In this document: positions 10,431 through 20,197 of the stretch, one piece after another
Layout of the letters: each line of letters starts with the position of its first letter
Position numbering within the stretch: position 1 is the first letter of the stretch
NCBI GenBank assembly: GCA_040880025.1
Contig: JBBDJD010000007.1
Location: forward strand, 64,035 to 128,034
DNA from: Rhizobiaceae bacterium
Lineage (GTDB): Bacteria; Pseudomonadota; Alphaproteobacteria; Rhizobiales; Rhizobiaceae
Length of the DNA: 64,000 nucleotides
Direction: 5' to 3'
Notes under the pieces: generated by a model
The model's database searches: none
What the model saw: the letters and a program-made list of their open reading frames with translations, nothing else
Told to the model about the DNA's origin: nothing
Made by a program: the position numbers and the translations under genes

Positions 10431-11213
10431 CTAATCTTCGGACCAGCGCGGCTTGCGCTTTTCCCTGAAGGCGGCGACGCCCTCCTTGGCATCACCGGTC
10501 TGTGCCGCCAGCGCGATCTGGCCTTCGGCGAAGGCAATGGCTGCTTCGAAATCCATATGCTCCATGGCGGCGATGGCGTATTTGCCGCGCCTCAGCGCCG
10601 CGGGCGAACCGGCCGTCAGCGCAGCCAGCAATTCGTCGACCTTCGCGTCCAGCTGATCCGTTGGCGTGATGTGATTGACGAGGCCGATCTCGAAGGCGCG
10701 CTGCGCGTCGATCATCTCGCCGGTGAGCGCCAGTTCGGCGGCGTGACGCGGCAAGAGCACGCGGCGCAGGCTCGCCATCACCTGCATGGGGAAAACGCCG
10801 ATGCGCGCCTCGGGCAGGCCGAAACGGGCGTGGTCGGCCGCGACGGCAATATCGCACAGCGCCAGAAGGCCGACCCCGCCGGCAACGCATGCGCCGTTGA
10901 CGCGGGCGACCAGCGGAATGCCGACGCCGCGCGCCAGCCGCGCCAGGCGACCGAACGGGGAAGACGGTTCGTCCTCGCCCTTGCCAAAGATTTCCGTGCC
11001 GCCTTCAAGGTCGCCGCCGGCGCAGAATGCCTTGTCGCCGGCGCCTGTCAGCACGGCGGCGCGGATCGCGCGGTCGGCGGAAAGGCCGGAGAGGGCGGCA
11101 TGGACGCCTTCTATGACCGCGGCGTTGATGGCGTTGCGACGCTCGGGCCGGTTGATGGTGATCCACAGCACCGACCCCCGGCGCTCGGTCAGAACTGCGT
11201 CAGCCTCGCTCAT
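10431..11213 (-). CDS. Enoyl-CoA hydratase/isomerase family protein
   Basis: INRPERRNAI, FCAGGDL, FGLPEARIG, EGVAAFREKRKP. Confidence 0.92.
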   Translation of the reverse strand: MSEADAVLTERRGSVLWITINRPERRNAINAAVIEGVHAALSGLSADRAIRAAVLTGAGDKAFCAGGDLEGGTEIFGKGEDEPSSPFGRLARLARGVGIPLVARVNGACVAGGVGLLALCDIAVAADHARFGLPEARIGVFPMQVMASLRRVLLPRHAAELALTGEMIDAQRAFEIGLVNHITPTDQLDAKVDELLAALTAGSPAALRRGKYAIAAMEHMDFEAAIAFAEGQIALAAQTGDAKEGVAAFREKRKPRWSED

Positions 11214-11276
11214 GCCTCTCTCCCGGTTGGAGCAAAGAGGCACCATGAATCGCGGGACGATGCAATATTTGCGGGA

Positions 11277-12062
11277 TCAGCCTTTGACCGTCTGCTTCCA
11301 GGCGCGCAGCTTCACCTGGCCGATATCGGTGCGCGTCGAGATCGAGTGCAGCATGTAGATGCCCTGCCGGTGCGTCGGCACGTATACGAACTCCATGTCG
11401 GCATGTTCGCGCATGTAGTCATATGTGTTGCTCTTGATATAGCCCGCGACCGGGATGAAGCGCGCCGAGCACGTGACCGCTCCATTTCCGGCGCCATAGA
11501 CCCAGCCGACCGATACGGGGCTGAGTTGGACATCGACCCGGGTTCCACCCTCATAGATGCGCAGCGTGCGCCGGCAGACATCCTCGCCGCTGCCGCGCGC
11601 AACGATGGTTGCCGAAATCGGGTCGGTGACCGACTGCAGATCGCTCTTCTTGACGGGTACGACATCGTCGCCCGGCGGACCAAGCTCCGGCTCGTGGGTA
11701 AGGCGGGCGACATCGCCGTTCTGGAAATCGATCTCCATCCGCTTGCCGCCGGCATCGCCTTGCGCATAGCTCAGCGAAAAGCTCTCCGGCTGCGGCGTGC
11801 CGCTCCCCAGCGTGCCGACCGAATGGGAATTCGCCTCCGTCTTGTCGAATATGCGCGCCAGGCCGGCGCTTCTGAGGTTTCCGGAGACCTCGAAGCGGCT
11901 ATCGGCCACCTGGCCGCGGAAATGGGCCTTGCCGACCGTGAACCCGCGTACCGTTATGACATAATCCGTTTCGAAACTGACCGGCGGCTCAGCCAGCGCG
12001 TTCGCCCCCGGCATTACAACCGTCCCGGCCAGAACCACGGCCGCGATCCAATTTCCATTCAT
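11277..12062 (-). CDS. DUF3108 domain exported protein
   Basis: Signal peptide; DPISA...CRRTLRIYEGGTR...CSARFIPVAG pattern; usual position divergent from rpmB. Confidence 0.7.
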   Translation of the reverse strand: MNGNWIAAVVLAGTVVMPGANALAEPPVSFETDYVITVRGFTVGKAHFRGQVADSRFEVSGNLRSAGLARIFDKTEANSHSVGTLGSGTPQPESFSLSYAQGDAGGKRMEIDFQNGDVARLTHEPELGPPGDDVVPVKKSDLQSVTDPISATIVARGSGEDVCRRTLRIYEGGTRVDVQLSPVSVGWVYGAGNGAVTCSARFIPVAGYIKSNTYDYMREHADMEFVYVPTHRQGIYMLHSISTRTDIGQVKLRAWKQTVKG

Positions 12063-12221
12063 CCGCCCGCTCCTCAATTGCAGGAAAGAATGTCCCTTCC
12101 TTTGCCCGCTCCAAACCCTCAAATGCGGTTTGTCCGGGGAGCGAGAGCCTTGTCGGCGAGAAATTCGGCAATTCCATGGACAATATGGCGGGACCGCCAT
12201 ATTTGTCGCGCGCCGCCGCGA

Positions 12222-12250
12222 CTTGACCGGAAGGCAGACTGGGGCTATGG
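12222..12250 (+). promoter_or_regulatory. Sigma70-type promoter of rpmB
   Basis: CTTGAC-N17-CTATGG, close to the rhizobial CTTGAC-N17-CTATAT consensus. Confidence 0.6.
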
Positions 12251-12352
12251 AGCGGCAACTTTTTCCAAGGCCGTCTGAGAGTGCCGCGCGCCGCTGTTGT
12301 GGTAGCGCCGTTCGCGTGTTCGGCCAGTCGAGATACAGAAGGTAACACAACC

Positions 12353-12655
12353 ATGGCCCGCTCCTGCGAACTGACCGGCAAGGCCGTCCTTAGCGGCAAC
12401 AATGTCAGCCACGCCAACAACAAGACCCGCCGGCGCTTCCTGCCGAATCTGGTCAATGTGACGCTCCTGTCGGAAGCGCTGGGTCAGAAGGTGCGCCTGC
12501 GCATCTCCGCCAATGCGCTGCGCACCGTGGAGCACCGCGGCGGCCTCGACGCGTTCCTGCTCAAGGCGGACGCGGCCGAACTGTCGCAGCGCGCGCGCTT
12601 GTTGAAGAAGCAGATCGCCAAGAAGGCAAGCGAAGAAACCGCAGCCGCGGCCTAA
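12353..12655 (+). CDS. rpmB: 50S ribosomal protein L28
   Basis: [10 protein letters not shown]...[19 protein letters not shown]. Confidence 0.99.
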   Translation: MARSCELTGKAVLSGNNVSHANNKTRRRFLPNLVNVTLLSEALGQKVRLRISANALRTVEHRGGLDAFLLKADAAELSQRARLLKKQIAKKASEETAAAA

Positions 12656-12733
12656 GCCGGCCGGTGGTTCGCCGCCAGCCACAAATTAGAGCGCTCCTTG
12701 GAGCGCGCTGGTTCCATCACCCAGGATAAAAAA

Positions 12734-13348
12734 ATGTCCAAGCTCAGCAATTTCTGGCCCTTCGTGGCCGCGATGGCGATTGTCGTCGCGGCTTCCAACT
12801 ATCTCGTCCAGTTCCCGGTCAACCAGTTTGACCTCGGCGAAATCCTTACCTGGGGCGCCTTCACCTATCCGGTGGCGTTTCTCGTCAATGATCTCACCAA
12901 TCGGCGTTTCGGGCCGGATGCCGCCCGCAAGGTGGTGCTGGCGGGATTCGTGCTGGCGGTGGCGCTCTCCGTGTGGCTGGCCTCGCCACGCATCGCGATC
13001 GCATCCGGATCGGCCTTTCTGGTGGCGCAGCTTTTCGACGTCTCGGTGTTCAACGCTTTTCGCGGCCAGACCTGGTGGCGCGCGCCCTTTGTTTCGACGC
13101 TGGTCGGCTCGGCGGTCGACACCGTCCTGTTCTTTTCGTTGGCATTCGCGGCGTATTTTGCCTTCCTCGACACGGGCCTTGGGCTGGAGGACGGCTCGCT
13201 GGCCTTCCCGGTCGCCTGGTTCGGCGCTGAAGTCCCCCTCTGGGTCTCGCTCGCTTTCGGCGATTTCTGCGTGAAAATTCTGGTCGGGCTGGCGATGCTG
13301 GCCCCCTACGGCGCTCTGCTCAGAGTTGTGAAGCCGGCGGAAGCCTAG
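12734..13348 (+). CDS. Queuosine precursor transporter (VUT/YhhQ family)
   Basis: ASNYLVQ, TWGAFTYPVAFLVNDLTNRRFG, GSAVDTVLFF. Confidence 0.9.
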   Translation: MSKLSNFWPFVAAMAIVVAASNYLVQFPVNQFDLGEILTWGAFTYPVAFLVNDLTNRRFGPDAARKVVLAGFVLAVALSVWLASPRIAIASGSAFLVAQLFDVSVFNAFRGQTWWRAPFVSTLVGSAVDTVLFFSLAFAAYFAFLDTGLGLEDGSLAFPVAWFGAEVPLWVSLAFGDFCVKILVGLAMLAPYGALLRVVKPAEA

Positions 13349-13393
13349 CTTTCTCTCACACGGGATCGCGTATCAGGCGCCGTTCACGCGCAC

Positions 13394-13590
13394 GGCTTCA
13401 TCGCGTGTCGCTGAAGGCTGGCTTGGGGCTTCGTTGGTTGCGCGCCGGGAACCGAAACGGGTCGACCGCGTTCCCATCTGGCGCGGGCCGTGTCAACCGG
13501 ACGCGACGGCAAGGGGCACAGGTCGGTTTTTCCGGTTTCCCGCCTGGTTCGGGGATTGACACCCACCCTTATCCCGTCCGGCCCGCGCAC
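13394..13590. other. Unassigned, highly base-paired non-coding element
   Basis: Nested inverted repeats 13481-13490/13579-13588 (10 bp), 13490-13496/13556-13562 and 13447-13452/13470-13475; no credible ORF; no RNA family recognised. Confidence 0.4.
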
Positions 13591-13613
13591 TCTGTCTGCA
13601 ATGCGAAGAAGCG

Positions 13614-14375
13614 CTACCTTGCCAACCAGCCGCCATCGACCGGCAGGGTGACGCCGTGCACATAGTCAGCCGCCGGTGAAGACAGGAACACGACCGCGCC
13701 GGCAATATCTTCAGGTGCGGCCCAGCGTCCGGCCGGAATCCGATCGAGGATTGCCTTGTAACGCGCCGGATCGTCGCGCAGCGCCTTGGTGTTGCCGGTC
13801 ACCACATAGCCCGGCGCAACCGCGTTGACGTTGATGCCCCTGGCCGCCCATTCGCACGCAAGAAGCTTCGTCAGACCGGCCAGCCCGCTTTTAGCGGCGG
13901 TGTAGGAGGCGATTCTGATGCCGCCCTGGAACGACAGCAGCGAGGCGATGTTGACGATTTTGCCCGAGCCGCGCGCCACCATGTGACGCGCCGCGGCCTG
14001 CGACAGAAAAAACGCCGATTTCAGATTGGTGTCGATGACGGCGTCCCAGTCGTCTTCGGTAAAGTCGAGCGCGTCGTTGCGGCGGATGATGCCGGCATTG
14101 TTGACCAGGATGTCGATGGCGCCGGACCATGACCGCGTCTCATCGATGACGGTTTGCAGGTTCGCCGTTTCGGACAGATCGGCGCGGATTGCGTGAAACC
14201 GCCCCGGACCGCCGACGATCATGCTGGCGGTCTCATCCATCGGCGAGCGGCCGACTGCGGCGATTTTCGCGCCGGCCGCGGCCAGCGCCACGGCTATCGC
14301 CTGGCCGATGCCGGTATTGGCGCCAGTGACGATTGCGGTTCTGCCATCCAGGCTGAAGGGGCTCGCAGCCGGCAT
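13614..14375 (-). CDS. kduD: 2-dehydro-3-deoxy-D-gluconate 5-dehydrogenase (SDR)
   Basis: TGANTGIG, NNAGIIRR, SFQGGIR, YTAAK; start overlaps kduI stop. Confidence 0.93.
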   Translation of the reverse strand: MPAASPFSLDGRTAIVTGANTGIGQAIAVALAAAGAKIAAVGRSPMDETASMIVGGPGRFHAIRADLSETANLQTVIDETRSWSGAIDILVNNAGIIRRNDALDFTEDDWDAVIDTNLKSAFFLSQAAARHMVARGSGKIVNIASLLSFQGGIRIASYTAAKSGLAGLTKLLACEWAARGINVNAVAPGYVVTGNTKALRDDPARYKAILDRIPAGRWAAPEDIAGAVVFLSSPAADYVHGVTLPVDGGWLAR

Positions 14376-15214
14376 TATTTCAGCGTCTCCATGGCGATCA
14401 TGTCCATATCGGTGAAGTCCTGATTGTCGCCCGCCATCGACCAGATGAACCCGTAGCGGGCGGTTCCGGAACCGCAATGGATCGACCAGCCGGGCGAAAT
14501 CACCGCCTGCTGGTTGGCGACGACCAGATGGCGTGTTTCGGCTGGCTCGCCCATGAAGTGGAAGACCCGTGTCTGCGGCGCCATGTCGAAATAGAGGTAA
14601 ATCTCGGAGCGCCGGTCGTGGGTGTGGCAGGGCATTGTGTTCCATACGCTGCCGGCCTCAAGCAGCGTCATGCCCATGACGAGCTGGCAGGAAGCGCAGA
14701 TGTCGGGATGTATGTACTGGCGCAGAACGCGCCGGTTGCATTCGTCCTGGCTGCCGAGGTCCAGCCGGTTGGCGTCGTCGGGCCCAATCTTGCGCGCCTC
14801 GTGGCGCATATGCGCCGGCACGCTGATGAAGTAGAACCGGGCCGGGCTGGACTTGCCGGCGCTGGCGAAGACCACCTCGGCGGTTCCCACCGGCACATAG
14901 AGACAGTCATGGGTGGCGAGTTCGTAGACCTCGCCATCGAGGCTGACCGATCCGGCGCCGCCAATGTTGAAGATGCCCATCTCGCGTCGCTTGAGAAACG
15001 GATCCGAGCCGATCGGCTTTGAGGCGACAAGCGGCAAGGGGTCGTCGAGAGGCGCGGCGCCGCCGATCACCGTTCGATCGTGGTGCGTATAGGCCATGCG
15101 GATTTCGCCGGCCGCGAACAGATCGTTGATCAGAAAGTTCTGGCGGAGTTCGGCGGTGTCGAATGCCTTCACCTCGGCCAGACTGGTCGCCTGGCGGACG
15201 GATATGCTCGTCAT
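14375..15214 (-). CDS. kduI: 5-keto-4-deoxyuronate isomerase
   Basis: YTHHDR, WNTMPCHTHDRRSEIYLY, SPGWSIH, GDNQDFTDMD. Confidence 0.95.
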   Translation of the reverse strand: MTSISVRQATSLAEVKAFDTAELRQNFLINDLFAAGEIRMAYTHHDRTVIGGAAPLDDPLPLVASKPIGSDPFLKRREMGIFNIGGAGSVSLDGEVYELATHDCLYVPVGTAEVVFASAGKSSPARFYFISVPAHMRHEARKIGPDDANRLDLGSQDECNRRVLRQYIHPDICASCQLVMGMTLLEAGSVWNTMPCHTHDRRSEIYLYFDMAPQTRVFHFMGEPAETRHLVVANQQAVISPGWSIHCGSGTARYGFIWSMAGDNQDFTDMDMIAMETLK

Positions 15215-15226
15215 GCGGGAATTCCT

Positions 15227-16018
15227 CTAATCCGAAAACATGTCGGGATCGAACATGCCGTCGTGGACGAAATAGTCCGGCCACATGTCGCGAAACACCG
15301 AGATGTCCAGCTTCAGCCTGTTCAAGTGGAGATCCATTCGGGCAACCGCCCGCTCGGCGTCGCGGCGCGCAATGGCGTCGAGAACGTCGCTGTGCTCGCC
15401 AAGTACAACCAGCATTCGTCCCGGTTGCGGCAGGGTGAGACGCCTGTAGCGCTCGACCTGTATCCTGATCTGCTGGATCATATCCCAGATGCCCGGCAGT
15501 CGCCCCGCTGTTGCGATTGCGGCATGAAAATCGTCATCGGCGTGGTGGAAGGCCTCTTCCTTGCCGCTTTCGGCGGTTTCGCGCTGGCGCTGAATGATGG
15601 CCCGCATTTCCATGATCTGGCTCTCGCTCGCCTTTTCGGTGGCGGCGCGGACGGTAACGGCTTCCAGCGCGCGGCGCGCGACGATCGCCTCGCCCAGAAC
15701 GGATAGCGGGATGCGTGCGATGAAGGTTCCGGATTTCGGAACGACATCGATCAGTCGTTCCTCGGCCAGCCGCAACACCGCCTCGCGCACGGGCGTGCGG
15801 CTGATGCCGTAGCGTTCGGTAATCTCGCGCTCCAAGACCGGCGTGCCGGGAACGAGCTGCATGGAAATGATGGCATTGCGCAGATCGCGGTAGACGACGT
15901 CCGAATTCTTGGCTGTGACGGCGATCGGGCTGTGGCCGTTGGTCTTTGGCGGCGCATTGCGGGCGCGCGGCTTGCGGCTGCGTTCCGGCGCCTGTGTTGC
16001 CGGCTGGGCTTGCTTCAT
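15227..16018 (-). CDS. GntR family regulator (HTH + FCD)
   Basis: ISRTPVREA HTH followed by FCD domain; ATG 16018 with ggagga RBS. Confidence 0.9.
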   Translation of the reverse strand: MKQAQPATQAPERSRKPRARNAPPKTNGHSPIAVTAKNSDVVYRDLRNAIISMQLVPGTPVLEREITERYGISRTPVREAVLRLAEERLIDVVPKSGTFIARIPLSVLGEAIVARRALEAVTVRAATEKASESQIMEMRAIIQRQRETAESGKEEAFHHADDDFHAAIATAGRLPGIWDMIQQIRIQVERYRRLTLPQPGRMLVVLGEHSDVLDAIARRDAERAVARMDLHLNRLKLDISVFRDMWPDYFVHDGMFDPDMFSD

Positions 16019-16144
16019 TCCTCCCACCTTCATTTTGTCGTCGTCGCGCCGACGCCAAAGCCTATCGCCAATCGCAGCCCGGCGTGAAGCGATAAGGGGT
16101 GGCGGAGTGCGTACATTCAAGGCCTCTTGCGGTTGCCAGCTTTG

Positions 16145-16172
16145 TAGTATATCAAATATATCTTGTATACTA
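16145..16172. promoter_or_regulatory. Candidate operator between GntR and TRAP genes
   Basis: TAGTATA-N14-TATACTA inverted repeat in an AT-rich patch of the divergent intergenic region. Confidence 0.45.
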
Positions 16173-16233
16173 GTTATTTTCGCATTAGCGAGCAGTGGAC
16201 GAAGCGACTTCGTCCACATCCAGGGAGGAGAAT

Positions 16234-17211
16234 ATGATCGCCAGGACCATAAAGCGGGCGGCGCTGACTGCCGCCATCATGTCGTTCGCGCTCGGCAGCG
16301 CGTTCGCGGCGGACCTGAAATGGGCGCATGTCTACGAGGAGGGCTCATCCTATCACAAATGGGCGAAATGGGCCGCCGACGAGATAAGCGCCAAGACAGA
16401 GGGCCGGGTGAACATCACGGTGTTTCCCGCGTCCTCGCTCGGCAAGGAGTCGGAAATCAATGAAGGCCTGACCATCGGCTCGGTTGACATGATCTACACC
16501 GGACCGAACTTCGCCGAGCGCGACTATGGTCCGATCGCGATCTCCGACTACCCGTTCATGCTCAAGAGCTACGATCACTGGAAAGCCTATCGCGACAGCG
16601 ATCTCTTCAAGGAGTTGTCGGGGGGTTACAAGGAAGCCACAGGCCACACCGTGATGGCGATTACCTGGTACGGCTATCGTCACGTAACCTCGAACTTCCC
16701 GATCACCAAGCCTGAAGACATGAAGGGGCTCAAGATCCGCGTGCCGGATTCGCCGGTCATGGTGATGTTCCCCAACGCGGTGGGCGCCAACCCGACGCCG
16801 ATCGCGTTTTCGGAAGTCTATCTTGCGCTTCAGCAGGGCGTGGTGGATGCTCAGGAAAACCCGCTGCCCACCATCCAGTTCAAGAAGTTCTACGAGGTGC
16901 AGTCCAACATCAACCTCACCGGCCATATAGGCAATTCGCTGATCATCGTGGTGTCGAGCACCGCGATGGACAATATCGGCGATGACGCGGCGACGGTCGA
17001 TGCGGTTCTGAAAGAGGCGGCGGCCGGCTGCGCGGAGGAGATCAATACGGCGGAAACCGATCTGGTTCAGTGGTTCACGGACAAGGGCATCAAGGTCAAC
17101 GAGGTCGACAAAGCCGCGTTCCAGGCCGCGGTCGAGCCGATCCTGACCGACGAATCGAAAGTGCCTTACGAGACCGACCACTACAATCGCATGCAGGCGC
17201 TGGCCGACTGA
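16234..17211 (+). CDS. dctP: TRAP transporter substrate-binding protein (DctP/SiaP-like)
   Basis: Signal peptide; GLKIRVP, SEVYLALQQGVVDAQENP. Confidence 0.93.
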   Translation: MIARTIKRAALTAAIMSFALGSAFAADLKWAHVYEEGSSYHKWAKWAADEISAKTEGRVNITVFPASSLGKESEINEGLTIGSVDMIYTGPNFAERDYGPIAISDYPFMLKSYDHWKAYRDSDLFKELSGGYKEATGHTVMAITWYGYRHVTSNFPITKPEDMKGLKIRVPDSPVMVMFPNAVGANPTPIAFSEVYLALQQGVVDAQENPLPTIQFKKFYEVQSNINLTGHIGNSLIIVVSSTAMDNIGDDAATVDAVLKEAAAGCAEEINTAETDLVQWFTDKGIKVNEVDKAAFQAAVEPILTDESKVPYETDHYNRMQALAD

Positions 17212-17241
17212 CCGTCGCCTGATCTGCCGGGGAGGGGCGGT

Positions 17242-17814
17242 ATGACCGATCGGGGTCGTGACAAAAGCGGGCGCGCCGAGGGTGCGCCCGCCCCTTTTGG
17301 GTTCGATGACGCGGAGACTTCGATCTCCGACATCAAGTGGATCGATGCGCCGGGGATTGTCGTATTCTGGGTGCTGGCGGTCATCGTTTTCCTGCAGTTC
17401 TTTACCCGCTACGTGCTCAACGATTCGCTGGCGTGGACGGAGGAGGTGGCGCGCTATCTGCTCATCCTCGTCTGTTTTCTGGGCTCGATCAGCGCAACCA
17501 GGCGCGGCTCGCACATCATGATCGAGTTTTTCATTCGCAGCGCGTCGCCGGCAATGGCGAAAGCGCTGGCTGTTCTCGCTGAACTCATCACCTTCGGCTT
17601 CTACGGCACGATGACCTGGATCGGCATCGAACTGACCCAGAAAACGCGGCAGAAAATGATCAGCCTGCCGATACCGAAGTCATGGATCTACACCATCTGC
17701 GTCATCGCGCTCGGCCTGATGACGATCTATTCGGCGATCTGGCTGTGGCGGAAAATCCGCGCGCCCAAGCACGAAATCCTGTCGCTTCTCGAAAATTCGC
17801 TGCCGGCCGACTGA
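17242..17814 (+). CDS. dctQ: TRAP small permease
   Basis: TRYVLNDSLAWTEEVARY, four TM segments. Confidence 0.9.
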   Translation: MTDRGRDKSGRAEGAPAPFGFDDAETSISDIKWIDAPGIVVFWVLAVIVFLQFFTRYVLNDSLAWTEEVARYLLILVCFLGSISATRRGSHIMIEFFIRSASPAMAKALAVLAELITFGFYGTMTWIGIELTQKTRQKMISLPIPKSWIYTICVIALGLMTIYSAIWLWRKIRAPKHEILSLLENSLPAD

Positions 17815-17827
17815 AAGCACATATCGC

Positions 17828-19105
17828 ATGTCGATCCTCTTGATGATCCTGGTCCTGTTCGCGCTGATGATCGTCGGCGTTCCGGTCGCCGTCGCGCTGG
17901 CGCTGGCATCGCTCGCCTTCGTCGCAACCAACGGCATGCCGCCGATGATCGTGCTGGCCAACATGGTCAACGGCATCAACTCGTTCCCGCTGATTGCCGT
18001 GCCGTTTTTCATCCTCGCCGGCAATTTGATGAACACGGCGGGCATCACCGCGCGCATCTTCGATTTCGCGCGCGCCGCCGTCGGCTGGATGCATGGCGGT
18101 CTCGGCCATGTGAATGTCGGCGCCAGCGTCATTTTCGCCGGTATGTCGGGCGCCGCGGTGGCCGATGCCGGTGGGCTCGGCAATATCGAGATCAAGGCGA
18201 TGCGCGACGCCGGCTACGATACCGATTTCGCCGTCGGCATCACCGCCGCCTCCTCGACCATCGGCCCGATCATCCCGCCGTCGCTGCCGCTGGTCATCTA
18301 CGGCGTGATTGCCGATACCTCGATCGGCCAGCTTTTCACCGCGGGGCTGATCCCCGGCATGATGATGGCGATCGCGCTGATGGTGATGGTGGCGTTTTAC
18401 GCACGCAAGCGGAATTACCCGCGTGACTTGGGCTTTTCGCTGGGCCGCTTCAGCTATACCTTCCTGCACGCGCTGCTGCCATTGATGACGCCGGTCATCA
18501 TTATCGGCGGCATCATGGGCGGTCTGTTCACACCGACCGAGGCGGCGATCGCGGCCGTCGCCTGGTCGCTGTTCCTCGGCATCTTCGTCTACCGAACCCT
18601 TGATTGGAAAAAGATCCTGCGGGTTTCGATGGACACGGTCGAAACGACGGCGGCGATCATGCTCATCGTCGCGTCGTCGATGATCTTCGCCTGGATCCTG
18701 ACCGCCAATCAGGTGGCGCTGCATTTCTCCGAGATCATGCTGTCGATCACCGACAACAGGGTGGCACTGCTTTTGATCATTACGATGATCGTGCTGGTGA
18801 TCGGCTGTTTCATGGAAACCATCGCGGCGATCACCATCCTGACGCCGGTGCTGCTGCCGGTTGCCGTCGGCCTCGGGATCGACCCGGTGCATTTCGGCAT
18901 CATCCTGATCCTCAATCTGATGATCGGACTTTTGACGCCACCGGTCGGCATGGTGCTCTATGTGCTTTCCAAGGTGGCCAATGTTCCGTTCGAACGATGC
19001 GTGACCGCCACCGCTCCGTTCCTCATTCCACTGGTCGGGGTGCTCCTGCTTCTGACCTTCGTGCCGGCGTTCTCGATGTGGCTGCCGACGATGCTCTACC
19101 GGTGA
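17828..19105 (+). CDS. dctM: TRAP large permease
   Basis: FAGMSGAAVADA, IGPIIPPS, GLLTPPVG. Confidence 0.95.
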   Translation: MSILLMILVLFALMIVGVPVAVALALASLAFVATNGMPPMIVLANMVNGINSFPLIAVPFFILAGNLMNTAGITARIFDFARAAVGWMHGGLGHVNVGASVIFAGMSGAAVADAGGLGNIEIKAMRDAGYDTDFAVGITAASSTIGPIIPPSLPLVIYGVIADTSIGQLFTAGLIPGMMMAIALMVMVAFYARKRNYPRDLGFSLGRFSYTFLHALLPLMTPVIIIGGIMGGLFTPTEAAIAAVAWSLFLGIFVYRTLDWKKILRVSMDTVETTAAIMLIVASSMIFAWILTANQVALHFSEIMLSITDNRVALLLIITMIVLVIGCFMETIAAITILTPVLLPVAVGLGIDPVHFGIILILNLMIGLLTPPVGMVLYVLSKVANVPFERCVTATAPFLIPLVGVLLLLTFVPAFSMWLPTMLYR

Positions 19106-19139
19106 GGGCAGCCAGGCGGCGCCGCGACCGCCGCCCGGT

Positions 19140-20075
19140 TCACCAGGCTTGCAGACCCAGCAGTTTCTCGCCCAGCGGCGTCAGCTTCGCGGTTTCGGCA
19201 TTGTGCTTTTCCCACTCGCGCGGGTCGCCGGGAAAGTCGGGGCGCTTGGGATGGTCGAGTTCGCGCCACAGCCGGATGCGCTCCTGCCGCTCGGCCTCGT
19301 TGTCGTGTTCGGCTGGATACATGGAGATGTACTGCGCCATGCGAACCTTGCCGTCCGAATGATTGGGACGCACGCCGTGCGCCAGCAGCGAGTTGAATAT
19401 CAGGAGGTCGCCTGCCTCCATCGAGATGTTCTCGCGCTCAAGCCCGGTCATGTCCGGAAGGATCGGATTGCGGTCCTCGGGCTGGGTCTTCACCCACTCG
19501 TCGAAATGCTCGAACAGGTAAGGCACGCACTGGAAGCCGCCGGTCTCGGCATCCTGCTTCTTCAGGCTGAGAACGCCCTGTACGCCGATCGGCAGCGGGC
19601 GCTGCTTGGTGTCCACGTCCCAATGGATGAAGCCTTCGGGGTTGCCCTTCTCCCGCTTCGGCGGGTTGAGGTTTGCGCGGTCGATCGCCACCCACAAATC
19701 CTCGCGGTCCCAGATGTCGACAAACGCGTCGTAGACACGCTCTTCCATCCGGTTGTCCCAGAGATACTGGTGATTGTAGATCTCCACCATGCCTGCATTG
19801 TTGAGCTCGGGGCGCACATGCGGGCGGCGCTGCGGCGCATACCAGGTGTCCGGGTCGTCGGGGTCCTTCGCGTCAAAAACCCAGAGCAGATCCGCAAGCC
19901 TTTGCGCATTCTCTGCAGGTACCGCCTGCCTGACGATGACATAGCCCTTGGTGATCCAGTGGCGCCAATCCGCCTCGGAAAGAACCCTTAAGGGCAGGGT
20001 CTTCTCGACATCCTTGAGCTGCGTGGTGAGCTTCGCGCTCGTCGGGTGGCTGATTTCGGCTGCGGTAACCTGCAT
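19140..20075 (-). CDS. Phytanoyl-CoA dioxygenase (PhyH) family Fe(II)/2OG oxygenase
   Basis: HWD...H...R metal/2OG motif (FIHWDVD, LLAHGVRPN, VRMAQY). Confidence 0.85.
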   Translation of the reverse strand: MQVTAAEISHPTSAKLTTQLKDVEKTLPLRVLSEADWRHWITKGYVIVRQAVPAENAQRLADLLWVFDAKDPDDPDTWYAPQRRPHVRPELNNAGMVEIYNHQYLWDNRMEERVYDAFVDIWDREDLWVAIDRANLNPPKREKGNPEGFIHWDVDTKQRPLPIGVQGVLSLKKQDAETGGFQCVPYLFEHFDEWVKTQPEDRNPILPDMTGLERENISMEAGDLLIFNSLLAHGVRPNHSDGKVRMAQYISMYPAEHDNEAERQERIRLWRELDHPKRPDFPGDPREWEKHNAETAKLTPLGEKLLGLQAW

Positions 20076-20197
20076 GGCTTCCTCCCATGATTGCTCTCGG
20101 CGGAGTGCAGCGAGATTAACCCGCCAAATCACCCGGTGTGGCCGCCATCTTGCAAACAATGATACTATTCTGGCGCCAACCAGCGAACAAGCGCGAG

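Noticed and set aside
13349-13400. tRNA/tmRNA attachment site or direct repeat shared with the right border (about 44800-44840)
   Set aside because: No cloverleaf, T-loop or CCA found; the best shared string (gcttt/ctctcac versus gcttctcac) is too short to be meaningful.
13394-13590. Resemblance to cobalamin, FMN or fluoride riboswitch cores, or a group II intron 5' end (GTGCG)
   Set aside because: Only fragments match, the required distal motifs are absent, and no downstream gene lies on the relevant strand.
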